DNA of 64,000 bases, taken from NCBI GenBank assembly GCA_023957115.1, contig JAMLHN010000012.1:30829-94828 (forward strand), given 5' to 3'. Source of the stretch: Thermomicrobiales bacterium (GTDB lineage: Bacteria; Chloroflexota; Chloroflexia; Thermomicrobiales; UBA6265). A program made the position numbers and the translations under genes. Each line of letters begins with the position of its first letter. Within the stretch, counting starts at the first letter, position 1. Below are positions 55,770 through 64,000 of this stretch, one piece after another. The notes under the pieces were generated by a model that saw nothing but the letters and a program-made list of their open reading frames with translations, searched no databases and was not told the DNA's origin.

Positions 55770-57065
55770 GTGGATGACGATCGATTTGACGCGATAGTCG
55801 TCGGAGCAGGGCCCGCGGGTATCACCGCTGCGCGGACACTTGCCGAGGCCGGGCTTTCTGTCGTTGTCCTCGAACGGGGGCAATATCCGGGAGCGAAGAA
55901 CGTCTCGGGGGGAATCCTCTATCGCCACCCCACCGAGCAATTTGCGCCCGGTTTCGAAGAGGACGCCCCGCTCGAACGGCCGATCATCGAACAACGCTAT
56001 CTCGCGTTGACCGAAGACGCCATGCTCGGGGGCATCTTCCGCTCGATGAAGCTGGCACAGCGGCCCTACAACGCGTACAGCGTGCTCCGTTCCGAATTCG
56101 ACCAGTGGTACGCGTCGACCGCCGAAGCGGCCGGGGCGGAGGTCTATCCCGAGTTCACGATCGTCGATCTCATTTGGGAGCATGGCAAGGTCGCCGGGGT
56201 CACCACCGGCGATGAAGACGGCGAGTTACTCGCGCACTGCGTCGTCCTGGCAGATGGCGCCAATTCGCTGCTTGCCAAGGCCGCCGGGCTCCATCGCGAA
56301 TGGCACCCGTCCGAGCAAGCCTTGATTGCCAAGGAGCTCATCACGCTTCCCGCGGAGAAGATCGATGACCGCTTTGCATTGCCGGAGGGCCTGGGAGCCG
56401 CGTACGAGATCTTCGGCGAATCGACCTGGGGACTCCTGGGATATGGGTTCATCTATACGAACAAGGAATCGATCTCGATCGGCACCGGTGCGCTGCTGCA
56501 GGATCTGATCGAAAGCGGCCGGAATGTCAACGACATGCTCGATCGATTCAAGAAGCATCCGGCTATTGCTCCGCTCATCGCCGGTGGAGAAACGATCGAG
56601 TATGCGGCTCATCTCATTCCCGAGCTCGACTACGATCGCCTGCCGCAGGTCTACGCCGATGGCGTCGTCGTCGTCGGGGACGCGGCCGGGCTGCTCAATC
56701 CGGTCAACCGCGAAGGCGCCAATCTCTCGATGCTCTCTGGCAAGCTCGCCGCCGATACCATCGTCGAGGCGAAAGAGAAGGGCGACTTTTCGGCACGCAC
56801 GCTTGCTGGATACAAGAAGCGGCTGGATGAGAGCATCATCCTCGAAGACATGAAGAAAGTTTCGAAGATGGCGCCATTTGCGCACGATCGTCCCCACCTC
56901 TTCACCGAGTACCCCAAGCTGGCCGCCGGTGCCGCGTTGGAATATCTCACCGTCGACGGCGTCTCCAAGAAGGAAAAACAGAAGAAGATTCTCTCGATGA
57001 TGAGGGGACTTCCCAAACGGCGGCTCATCGGCGACGCGCTCGGGACTCTCAAGACCCAACGGTAG
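55770..57065 (+). CDS. fixC: FixC-like FAD-dependent oxidoreductase (ETF-quinone oxidoreductase type)
   Basis: GTG start. FDAIVVGAGPAGITAARTLAEAG Rossmann motif; 431 aa; directly downstream of etfBA. Confidence 0.85.
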   Translation: MDDDRFDAIVVGAGPAGITAARTLAEAGLSVVVLERGQYPGAKNVSGGILYRHPTEQFAPGFEEDAPLERPIIEQRYLALTEDAMLGGIFRSMKLAQRPYNAYSVLRSEFDQWYASTAEAAGAEVYPEFTIVDLIWEHGKVAGVTTGDEDGELLAHCVVLADGANSLLAKAAGLHREWHPSEQALIAKELITLPAEKIDDRFALPEGLGAAYEIFGESTWGLLGYGFIYTNKESISIGTGALLQDLIESGRNVNDMLDRFKKHPAIAPLIAGGETIEYAAHLIPELDYDRLPQVYADGVVVVGDAAGLLNPVNREGANLSMLSGKLAADTIVEAKEKGDFSARTLAGYKKRLDESIILEDMKKVSKMAPFAHDRPHLFTEYPKLAAGAALEYLTVDGVSKKEKQKKILSMMRGLPKRRLIGDALGTLKTQR

Positions 57066-57084
57066 AGCCCCGACCGCTGCGAGA

Positions 57085-57110
57085 ACATGCGTCCAGTTGA
57101 GGACGCATGT
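57085..57110 (+). terminator. Hairpin downstream of fixC
   Basis: ACATGCGTCC-agttga-GGACGCATGT, a perfect 10-bp stem. There is no U-tract, so intrinsic-terminator status is uncertain. Confidence 0.45.
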
Positions 57111-57181
57111 GAAGTCAGACCGTAACGCGGGTCATGGCGTCACTTCCACGGCACTGATTGGAATATGCCGGCAATGAGCGA

Positions 57182-57205
57182 GGCCGGAAGCGATCGCTTC
57201 CGGCC
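57182..57205. terminator. Perfect 24-nt palindrome between the convergent fixC and hyuB genes
   Basis: GGCCGGAAGCGATCGCTTCCGGCC is its own reverse complement. It lies 33 nt past the hyuB stop at 57238. Confidence 0.5.
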
Positions 57206-57237
57206 CCTTCACGATGTCCGTAGAGCGAATAGCCGCG

Positions 57238-58986
57238 CTACGCGGCAGCCATGCGCGTCGCGCGAACGCGGGCGGTGTCTTCGTAGTCGATATTGCCCTG
57301 ATCGTCGAAGACCACGCCGTAGAGCTCCTGCGCCGCTTCGATCGAAACGAGCTCCTCCAGGACGTCTTCGAGCACTTTATCCGGATCGCGTTCGAGCGGA
57401 TTGCCGAAACCACCGCCGCCACCACTGCGAATCGAGAGGAGATCTCCCTTGGCAATCGGCTGGTCGGGGGTCTTGATGATCTCGAATCCCTGACCATAGA
57501 TCGACGAATCGAGTACGCCGTACGTGCGGCCGCCAGGCAGACCGCCCGCGACGCCCGCATGGGGGGCAATGCATCGCTCCAACACCGAGATCATGCGACC
57601 ATCGGCCAGCAGCCGGTAGTCACGCTGGATCCCGAGGCCGCCGCGGAACTTGCCCGCTCCACCGCTATCCTGGCGCAGCTCGTACCGCTCGATGATCTCG
57701 GGATCCTTCGCCTCTTCGAGCTCGACCGGCAAATTGCGGCTACATGCTTCGAGGATATGCACCATCGCGCTTTCGCCGTCAGCGGATGCGCTCGCCCCCA
57801 TTCCGATGCCATCGATGTTGGCTTCCACCCACATCTCACTGGTGACGGGATCGAATCCGTATCGGAACACGGCGCAAAGATCGCCACCCGATTGCGCCGG
57901 AAAGCGATCCGGGAAGTCGGGCGCCATGGCCGACATGGTGGCTTCGATAGCGGTCATTCCGGGCCAGCCGTACAAATTGGTCGGCGCGGCATCATGGGGA
58001 TTGAAGAGTGATCCCTTGGGAGCCACGATCTTGATCGGCCGGAACGAGCCTTCACAGGCAGCCGAGTCGGGCGCCGACAGAATCTTCCCAAGCATGCGCG
58101 AGACCGAGATCGCGGTGATCAACGGCACATTCATCGGTCCCCGCTGTTGCTCGGCCGATTCCGAGTAATCGAAGGTGACTTCTGCGGCCACCGGATCGAT
58201 GGTGACCGCCACGCCGACTTTCAGCGGGACGCCCCGGTCGATTCCGTTGTCATCGCAATAGTCGATGCCGGTCCAGGTGCCCGCGGGCATCTGCCGAATT
58301 GCGTCACGTGCCATCCGCTCGGCGTGATCGTAGATCTCGTTGATACAACCGTAGACGGTATCGAACCCGTACTTGTCGAGGAGGCGAATCACGCTCTGTT
58401 CACCCGATCGGAAACAGGCAATCTGGGAATGGATGTCACCCCAGATGATCTCGGGCGCGCGGGAATTCGACTTGATGACGGACGCCAGCGTTTCATCGAG
58501 CTTGCCGGCCCGATAGAGCTTAATCGGCGGGAGACGTAATCCCTCCTGAAAGGCATCGGTCGAGTCGGTCGGATAGGGATCCTTCGCGCCGACGTCCACC
58601 AGATGCGCCTTGCTGGCGGCGAAGCCGAAGAGCCGGTCGCCATAGTAGATCGGCATCCAGAGCATCATGTCGGCCGGGTGCGATCCGGTGAACGCGGGCA
58701 TCGACGTGATGTAGATGTCGCCCGGTTCGAGATCGTCCATCCCGCGTTCCTCGAATGACTTCTTGATGCCTGGGCTGAGGGTGCCCATGAATGCAGTCAG
58801 CCCGGGTGACTCGGCCAGCGTATTGGCTTCGGCGTCGAGCAAGCCACAGGCAAAGTCACGGTCCTCATAGATGATTGGCGAAAACGACGTCCGCTGAATC
58901 GTGTCGCGCATCTCGCGCGCCGCTGCCAGAAGTGTGTTGTGCACGACCGCCGTCGTGATTGGATCAACCGTTTGAGTTTGATTCAT
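57238..58986 (-). CDS. hyuB: Hydantoinase B/oxoprolinase subunit, paralog 1
   Basis: 582 aa, MNQTQTVDPITTAVVHNTLL..., GGGGGFGNPLERDPDKVLEDV. Own RBS GGAG in the 57-nt spacer. Confidence 0.92.
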   Translation of the reverse strand: MNQTQTVDPITTAVVHNTLLAAAREMRDTIQRTSFSPIIYEDRDFACGLLDAEANTLAESPGLTAFMGTLSPGIKKSFEERGMDDLEPGDIYITSMPAFTGSHPADMMLWMPIYYGDRLFGFAASKAHLVDVGAKDPYPTDSTDAFQEGLRLPPIKLYRAGKLDETLASVIKSNSRAPEIIWGDIHSQIACFRSGEQSVIRLLDKYGFDTVYGCINEIYDHAERMARDAIRQMPAGTWTGIDYCDDNGIDRGVPLKVGVAVTIDPVAAEVTFDYSESAEQQRGPMNVPLITAISVSRMLGKILSAPDSAACEGSFRPIKIVAPKGSLFNPHDAAPTNLYGWPGMTAIEATMSAMAPDFPDRFPAQSGGDLCAVFRYGFDPVTSEMWVEANIDGIGMGASASADGESAMVHILEACSRNLPVELEEAKDPEIIERYELRQDSGGAGKFRGGLGIQRDYRLLADGRMISVLERCIAPHAGVAGGLPGGRTYGVLDSSIYGQGFEIIKTPDQPIAKGDLLSIRSGGGGGFGNPLERDPDKVLEDVLEELVSIEAAQELYGVVFDDQGNIDYEDTARVRATRMAAA

Positions 58987-59043
58987 AGCTCCAACCTTTC
59001 AGACTCGACCAGGGAGTCCGGGGATTCCATCGTACCGAATCGT

Positions 59044-60789
59044 TCAGACATGCATGCGCGATGCTCTGAGTGCATCGGTCCCGGCGCCATCGAGATTGCC
59101 GTCATCTGCAAAGACCACACCATAGAGCTCGTGAGCCGCCTCGACCGAAACGAGCCCTTCGAGCACATCCTCCAGAACTCGTTCCGGGTCCCGTTCCAGC
59201 GGGTTGCCGTAGCCGCCACCACCCCCGGTCACGATGGTCATGAGATCCCCCTTGGCAATCGGCTGATCCGGTGTCTTGATAAACTCGACTCCCTCGCCAT
59301 AGATGGACGAGTCGAGAATGCCGATCGTCCGTCCGCCGGGAAGACCACCGGCAACTCCGGCGTGCGGAGAGGTGCATCGTTCCAGGGTGGAGATCATACG
59401 GCCATCGGCCAGCAGCCGGTAAGCCCGCCGCACGCCCAGACCACCTCGGAACTTGCCGGCGCCGCCACTGTCGGTCACCAGCTCGTAACATTCGATGATC
59501 TCCGGATCCTTGGTTTCTTCCAGTTCGACCGGCAGGTTGCGGCTGCACGCTTCCTCGATGTGAACGACGGCGCTCTCACCATCGGCGAACGCGCTGGCTC
59601 CTTGCCCGATACCTTCGATATTGGCTTCGACCCACATCTCGCCGGTGACCTGGTCGAATCCATACCGGAAACAACCACAGAGGTCTCCTCCCGATTGGGC
59701 AGGAAAGCGGTCCGGAAAGTCCGCCGCCAGCGCCTTGAGAATTGTCTCCACAGCCGTCATCGAGGGCCAGCCGTAGAGATTGGTTGGTGCTGAGTCATGG
59801 GCATTGAAGATCGACCCCAATGGGGCGATCACCTTGATTGGGCGGAACGACCCCTCGCAGGCGACCGAGTCGGGCGCGGAGAGGATCTTGCCCATCATGC
59901 GGGCGCAGGAAATCGCGGTGATGATCGGCGCGTTCATCGGTCCGCGCTGTTGCTCGGCCGATTCGGAAAAATCGAACGTGACCTCTCCGGCTTCGGGATC
60001 GATGGTGATGGCGACGCCGACTTTCACGGGAACGCCACGGTCGATTCCATTGTCGTCGCAGTAGTCGACGGCGGACCACGTCCCCGCCGGCATCTGGCGA
60101 ATCGCGTCGCGCGCCATCCGCTCGGCGTGATCGTAGATCTCCTGCACGCAGTCGTTCACCGTCTCGAATCCGTATTTATCGAGCAAGCGTTGAACGCTCT
60201 GCTCGCCGGTCCGGAAACAGGCAATCTGGGAATGGATGTCACCCCAGATGGTCTCCGGCGCGCGGGAATTCGACTTGATGACCGCCGCCAGCGTCTCGTC
60301 CAGCACCCCGCCTCGATAGAGCTTGACCGGCGGGATGCGCAGGCCCTCCTGAAAGGCATCGGTCGAGTCGGTCGGATAGGGGTCCTTGGCGCCGACGTCG
60401 ACCAGATGCGCCTTGCTGGCGGCAAACCCGAAGAGCCGCCCCTCATGGAAGATCGGCATCCAAAGCATCATGTCAGCCGGATGCGAACCAGTGAAGGCTG
60501 GAATCGAGGTGCAGTAGATATCGCCCGGCTCGATCTCGTCCTTGCCGCGCTCCTCGATAGAGCGCTTGATGCCAGGACTCAACGTGCCCATGAAGGCAGT
60601 CAATCCGGGCGCTTCCGCCAGCGTGTTGGCATCCGCGTCCAACAACCCGCAGGCGAAGTCACGGTCCTCATAGATGATTGGCGAGAACGACGTTCGCTGG
60701 ATTGTCTCGCGCATCTCTTTTGCGGCGGTCAGCAGCGTGTTATGCACGACCGCCGTTGTGATTGGATCGACCGTACGCGTCTCCGGCAT
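59044..60789 (-). CDS. hyuB: Hydantoinase B/oxoprolinase subunit, paralog 2
   Basis: 581 aa, colinear with paralog 1 and identical at most positions by eye (MPETRTVDPITTAVVHNTLL...). Confidence 0.92.
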   Translation of the reverse strand: MPETRTVDPITTAVVHNTLLTAAKEMRETIQRTSFSPIIYEDRDFACGLLDADANTLAEAPGLTAFMGTLSPGIKRSIEERGKDEIEPGDIYCTSIPAFTGSHPADMMLWMPIFHEGRLFGFAASKAHLVDVGAKDPYPTDSTDAFQEGLRIPPVKLYRGGVLDETLAAVIKSNSRAPETIWGDIHSQIACFRTGEQSVQRLLDKYGFETVNDCVQEIYDHAERMARDAIRQMPAGTWSAVDYCDDNGIDRGVPVKVGVAITIDPEAGEVTFDFSESAEQQRGPMNAPIITAISCARMMGKILSAPDSVACEGSFRPIKVIAPLGSIFNAHDSAPTNLYGWPSMTAVETILKALAADFPDRFPAQSGGDLCGCFRYGFDQVTGEMWVEANIEGIGQGASAFADGESAVVHIEEACSRNLPVELEETKDPEIIECYELVTDSGGAGKFRGGLGVRRAYRLLADGRMISTLERCTSPHAGVAGGLPGGRTIGILDSSIYGEGVEFIKTPDQPIAKGDLMTIVTGGGGGYGNPLERDPERVLEDVLEGLVSVEAAHELYGVVFADDGNLDGAGTDALRASRMHV

Positions 60790-60791
60790 GC

Positions 60792-62834
60792 TTATTCGTT
60801 CCCGACTGCAATCCGCAGCGCTCCGAACGTGTCGACGGTTGCGACATCGCCGGGCATCAGCACCGTGACATGGCTCGGTTCCTGAATGAGCGCCGGTCCC
60901 GAGATCGTCGCGCCCGCGAGCAGCTTGGAACGGTCGTAAATCCCGGCATCGCGCCAGGCGCGATTGACGAAGACCTGCTTCGTGCTGACGAGTGCATCGT
61001 CGGCCGACTCGGCCCCGTCCTCGATTTCCACCAGCGGCAGCCGGTGCATCGATCCAAAGACGCGCAGGCGGAAGGTCACCGTCTCCTGTTTGGACGGCAT
61101 CTTGTGACCGTATCGCACCTCGTGGACCTCATCGAAAAGCTCTGGCAGGATCTCGACCAGCTTTTCGTCGATCGCGATCTCACCCAGCGGTACCTCGACC
61201 TCGTGCCCCTGTCCGGTGTACCGGCAGTCGATCGACCGGTGGAAGGTGACCTGATCGCGCGCCACGCCGGCTTCATCGGTCAGCCCGTACGCTTCGGATT
61301 CCATCTCAGCAAAGAGTCGCTTGACATAGTCGATGTCGAGCTGGGGCATCTGCCGGAGGTAGCTGCGTGCGAAGCTGCCAACGATATCCGCGCTCAACAT
61401 ACCCCATGCCGAGAAGGTCGAAGGATGGCGCGGAATGATGACGTTGGGAATATCGAGCGTGCGTGCAACCTCACTGGCAAACAGACCGCCTCCACCGCCG
61501 AAGGCCAGCAACGCGAAATCGCGTGGGTCATGTCCTTGCCCGACCAGGGTTTGCCGCGTAACGTTCGCCATATTGTTGCGCGCCACGGTCAAAATGCCCT
61601 CGGCGGTCTCGTCGGTCGAGAGACCGAGCTGCTCCGCAATGACCGCGATGCCGGTTTTCGCAAGCTCCGGTTTGAGTTTCATCTCACCGCCGGCAAAAAG
61701 CGATGGGTCGATCAAGCCGGTCACCACGGCGGCATCCGTTACGGTCGGCGCATCGCCGCCACGGTCGTAGCACATGGGACCGGGATCCGCGCCGGCGCTG
61801 GACGGACCGACATGCAAGCGCCCGCCGGTATCCACGCGGGCAATGCTGCCTCCGCCGGCACCGACGCTCCGAACGTCGATGCTGGAAACCTTGGCGGTAT
61901 ACCCCAGGAGATCGTGCTCGGTGGCCAGTAGGGTCTTGCCGTCCACCACGATCGAAACATCGTAGCTCGTTCCGCCGACGTCGCCCGTCACCAGGTTCGG
62001 CGTGCCCAGCTTCTCGGCAAGATAGGCGGCGCCGATCGCGCCACCGGCCGGCCCCGATTCCATCATCTGAATCGGAGCGCGGCCGATTGCCTCGACGGTC
62101 GAAACGCCGCCGGTCGAATTTGCGATCAGCGGCGAGTTGGCCAGTCCGGCGTCCTCTTGCAACGTCTTGTCTAGCCGCTCGAGATAGCTAACCACGGGTT
62201 TCTTGACGTATGCGTCGATGACGGTCGAGCTGGTGCGCTCGTACTCTCGAATCTCGCGGGCCACCTCGTGGCTCATGGAAACATAGATGCCCGGATCCAT
62301 TTCCCGGATGATGCTGCGGACCGCAAGCTCGTGACTCGGATCGGCGTAGGCATGCAACAGGCAAACGGCGATCGATTCGACTCCCGCCTCGAGCAGCTTC
62401 TCGGTCACCACGCGGACTTCGGCTTCGTCGACCGGTTCCAGCACCGTGCCATCGAACATCATGCGAGCCGAGATCTCGAGCCGCCGCCGCCGGGGCACCA
62501 GCGGTTTCGGTTTTTCCCAGAAGATGTTGTAGATATGCTCGTCGGGCCGGTCGATACGGCGGATCTCGAGAATATCCCGAAATCCCTTGGTGGTGATCAG
62601 ACCTGTGACGGCTCCCCGCTGGGTCACCAGCGCGTTTGTAGCCACGGTCGACCCATGGATGAACTGGCCGATCGCTTCGGCTGGCACACCGGTCTTGGCG
62701 TAGGCCGCCATGACACCCTGCACCACGTCTGACGGCGTGGTGGCAGCCTTGTCGGCTTTGATCTCACCGGTCTGGTCATCGACCCAGACGATATCGGTGA
62801 ACGTTCCTCCGATGTCGGTTCCAATACGGATCAT
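60792..62834 (-). CDS. hyuA: Hydantoinase/oxoprolinase A subunit
   Basis: MIRIGTDIGGTFTDIV start preferred over 62909; DVGGTSYDVSIV; about 680 aa. Confidence 0.92.
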   Translation of the reverse strand: MIRIGTDIGGTFTDIVWVDDQTGEIKADKAATTPSDVVQGVMAAYAKTGVPAEAIGQFIHGSTVATNALVTQRGAVTGLITTKGFRDILEIRRIDRPDEHIYNIFWEKPKPLVPRRRRLEISARMMFDGTVLEPVDEAEVRVVTEKLLEAGVESIAVCLLHAYADPSHELAVRSIIREMDPGIYVSMSHEVAREIREYERTSSTVIDAYVKKPVVSYLERLDKTLQEDAGLANSPLIANSTGGVSTVEAIGRAPIQMMESGPAGGAIGAAYLAEKLGTPNLVTGDVGGTSYDVSIVVDGKTLLATEHDLLGYTAKVSSIDVRSVGAGGGSIARVDTGGRLHVGPSSAGADPGPMCYDRGGDAPTVTDAAVVTGLIDPSLFAGGEMKLKPELAKTGIAVIAEQLGLSTDETAEGILTVARNNMANVTRQTLVGQGHDPRDFALLAFGGGGGLFASEVARTLDIPNVIIPRHPSTFSAWGMLSADIVGSFARSYLRQMPQLDIDYVKRLFAEMESEAYGLTDEAGVARDQVTFHRSIDCRYTGQGHEVEVPLGEIAIDEKLVEILPELFDEVHEVRYGHKMPSKQETVTFRLRVFGSMHRLPLVEIEDGAESADDALVSTKQVFVNRAWRDAGIYDRSKLLAGATISGPALIQEPSHVTVLMPGDVATVDTFGALRIAVGNE

Positions 62835-62854
62835 AAGCGTTTGTGTACCTCTCT

Positions 62855-63853
62855 CTAGACTGCCATCGGCTGGTAGTCCATATCGATTCCAAAGTGCCTG
62901 GGACCCCAAACCGCCAGGGCTTCCGGAGTCCGCATGATGTCTGGAACTTGCACGGCCATGACTTTGACGCGCTGGCCGTATCTGAGCTCCTCGGTCGTGA
63001 TCGGCTCGGCGGTGTCGCTATCGAGCACACAGATCAGATCCGGTACGACCGCGAGTACGTGGTCGCCTTGTTTGGCGATGATATTTTCGTTTTGGAAGCT
63101 GATAAAGAGCTCTTCGTCGGAGCTGGCATCCGCGTGCGGCGCGATCCGCACCGAGCCCATGGCCCACCCCTGTTCGGTCCGGCGATTTACCTCGGTGACC
63201 TTGCCTTCGAAGATGACCTTCGCAGGGGTGTACTCCGTAGAAGCGAACGTCTCGCTTATCGCATCGAACGGGTCGCGGTGCGCCTCTCGCGCCTCGCGAA
63301 TAGCTCGGCCGACCCGCAGCCCCAGACCGATGGTTCCGGACACGGAAACGCGCTTGGCCGTTGCCCCATCCATGGGGAACTCTGCGATATAGCCGACACC
63401 GCCCATGCGAATCGTCAAACCGCGCGCGAACCATTCGAGCGCAAAATTATCGTGCGCCTCGATGACGCAGGTGTCCAGGTGGTCGTTCGTGAGCACCAGC
63501 GGCGAACCGCTCACACCGTAGATGTGAAACGTCTCGTGAAAGAGCTCGGGGAAGGCTCGTCCCATCCCGTCGCCGTCCACCACCGGGATTCCCAAGCGTA
63601 ACCCGACCACGAGCGGCATCATCGAATTCATGCCGCCCGCCTCGATGGGCATGGTGGCGAATCCCTTCTTGCCAAGGTGCCCTTCGAGGCGCTGGAACGA
63701 AGAAACCAGCTCACTTCCGTTCGGTAGCTTCTCCACGATGCAGGTCGGCGCACCCATCATCGCGGTCGGAATAACCAGCGCATCGTCCGGTACTTCCGAG
63801 AGATCGAGCAGCTCGATCTCTCGGCCGGTTTCATCGAGCGCCCGCTCGACCAT
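62855..63853 (-). CDS. DUF917-family protein (hydantoinase-associated), main reading frame
   Basis: VVDGDGMGRAFPE and PIEAGGMNS motifs typical of DUF917. The family's N-terminal GTGGGG motif is encoded upstream in another frame (see next feature). Confidence 0.85.
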   Translation of the reverse strand: MVERALDETGREIELLDLSEVPDDALVIPTAMMGAPTCIVEKLPNGSELVSSFQRLEGHLGKKGFATMPIEAGGMNSMMPLVVGLRLGIPVVDGDGMGRAFPELFHETFHIYGVSGSPLVLTNDHLDTCVIEAHDNFALEWFARGLTIRMGGVGYIAEFPMDGATAKRVSVSGTIGLGLRVGRAIREAREAHRDPFDAISETFASTEYTPAKVIFEGKVTEVNRRTEQGWAMGSVRIAPHADASSDEELFISFQNENIIAKQGDHVLAVVPDLICVLDSDTAEPITTEELRYGQRVKVMAVQVPDIMRTPEALAVWGPRHFGIDMDYQPMAV

Positions 63854-63954
63854 CCAGCAAATCCCACGTAGGGGTTGCCGCCGCCGCCCGTTCCGAGAAA
63901 TGCCGCTCCGCGTGCAGGGTCCTTCAGATCTTCGCGACTCACCTTCAAACCCAA
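63757..63954 (-). other. Out-of-frame N-terminal segment of the DUF917 gene
   Basis: TTG at 63954 lies 7 nt after GAAAGGA. It encodes MGLKVSREDLKDPARGAAFLGTGGGGNPYVG, the DUF917 N-terminal motif, then runs out of frame relative to 62855-63853 near 63861-63866. Confidence 0.6.
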
Positions 63955-64000
63955 TGCTATGTCCTTTCAGACAGACGCTCAGCGGTCGTGGTTCCCGAAG

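Noticed and set aside
57214-61931. Series of long plus-strand ORFs (57214-58011, 58939-59793, 59797-60885, 60762-61931)
   Set aside because: All are antisense to the hyuB/hyuB/hyuA genes. Their mutual similarity only mirrors the hyuB duplication on the other strand.

Overview
GC-rich bacterial chromosomal segment (by eye roughly 60-65% GC; frequent GTG/TTG starts, GGAGG-type ribosome-binding sites (RBS), many 1-11 nt gene overlaps). I cannot assign a taxon from sequence alone. I call about 50 protein genes, 2 tRNAs and several regulatory or repeat elements. Many ORF-track entries are antisense artefacts of high GC or carry N-terminal over-extensions, and I re-set those starts using RBS and overlap logic. 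The window is mostly an accessory nutrient-scavenging region: three Dpp/Opp-type and one Pot-type ABC importer loci mixed with amidase, M24 creatinase-like, amidohydrolase, MBL, alpha/beta-hydrolase and SDR genes, plus two separate hydantoinase/oxoprolinase (HyuA/HyuB) loci. RpiR and GntR regulators sit among them. Coordinates 44.2-57 kb are more core-like: CIRCE-dnaJ, tRNA-Gln, glmU-prs-birA and an acyl-CoA dehydrogenase/thiolase/crotonase/etfBA/fixC block. I found no defence system, CRISPR array, intact mobile element or toxin-antitoxin pair. The observations I would look at again are listed here. (1) A DUF917-hyuA-hyuB-hyuB operon with two diverged tandem HyuB paralogs and an apparent 1-nt frameshift in DUF917. 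(2) A Tat-exported 990-aa multicopper oxidase lying between tRNA-Arg and what looks like a decayed tyrosine-recombinase remnant, ending in a 23-bp-stem hairpin. (3) A signal-peptide-less family-5 solute-binding-protein (SBP5) homolog translationally coupled to an SDR and a hydrolase. (4) A perfect 10x heptanucleotide repeat plus twin GUUUCAAC-loop hairpins between etfA and fixC. (5) xth inserted between etfB and etfA. (6) Paired AT-rich palindromes flanking the GntR gene. All functional calls rest on motif recognition by eye, and no database search was possible.
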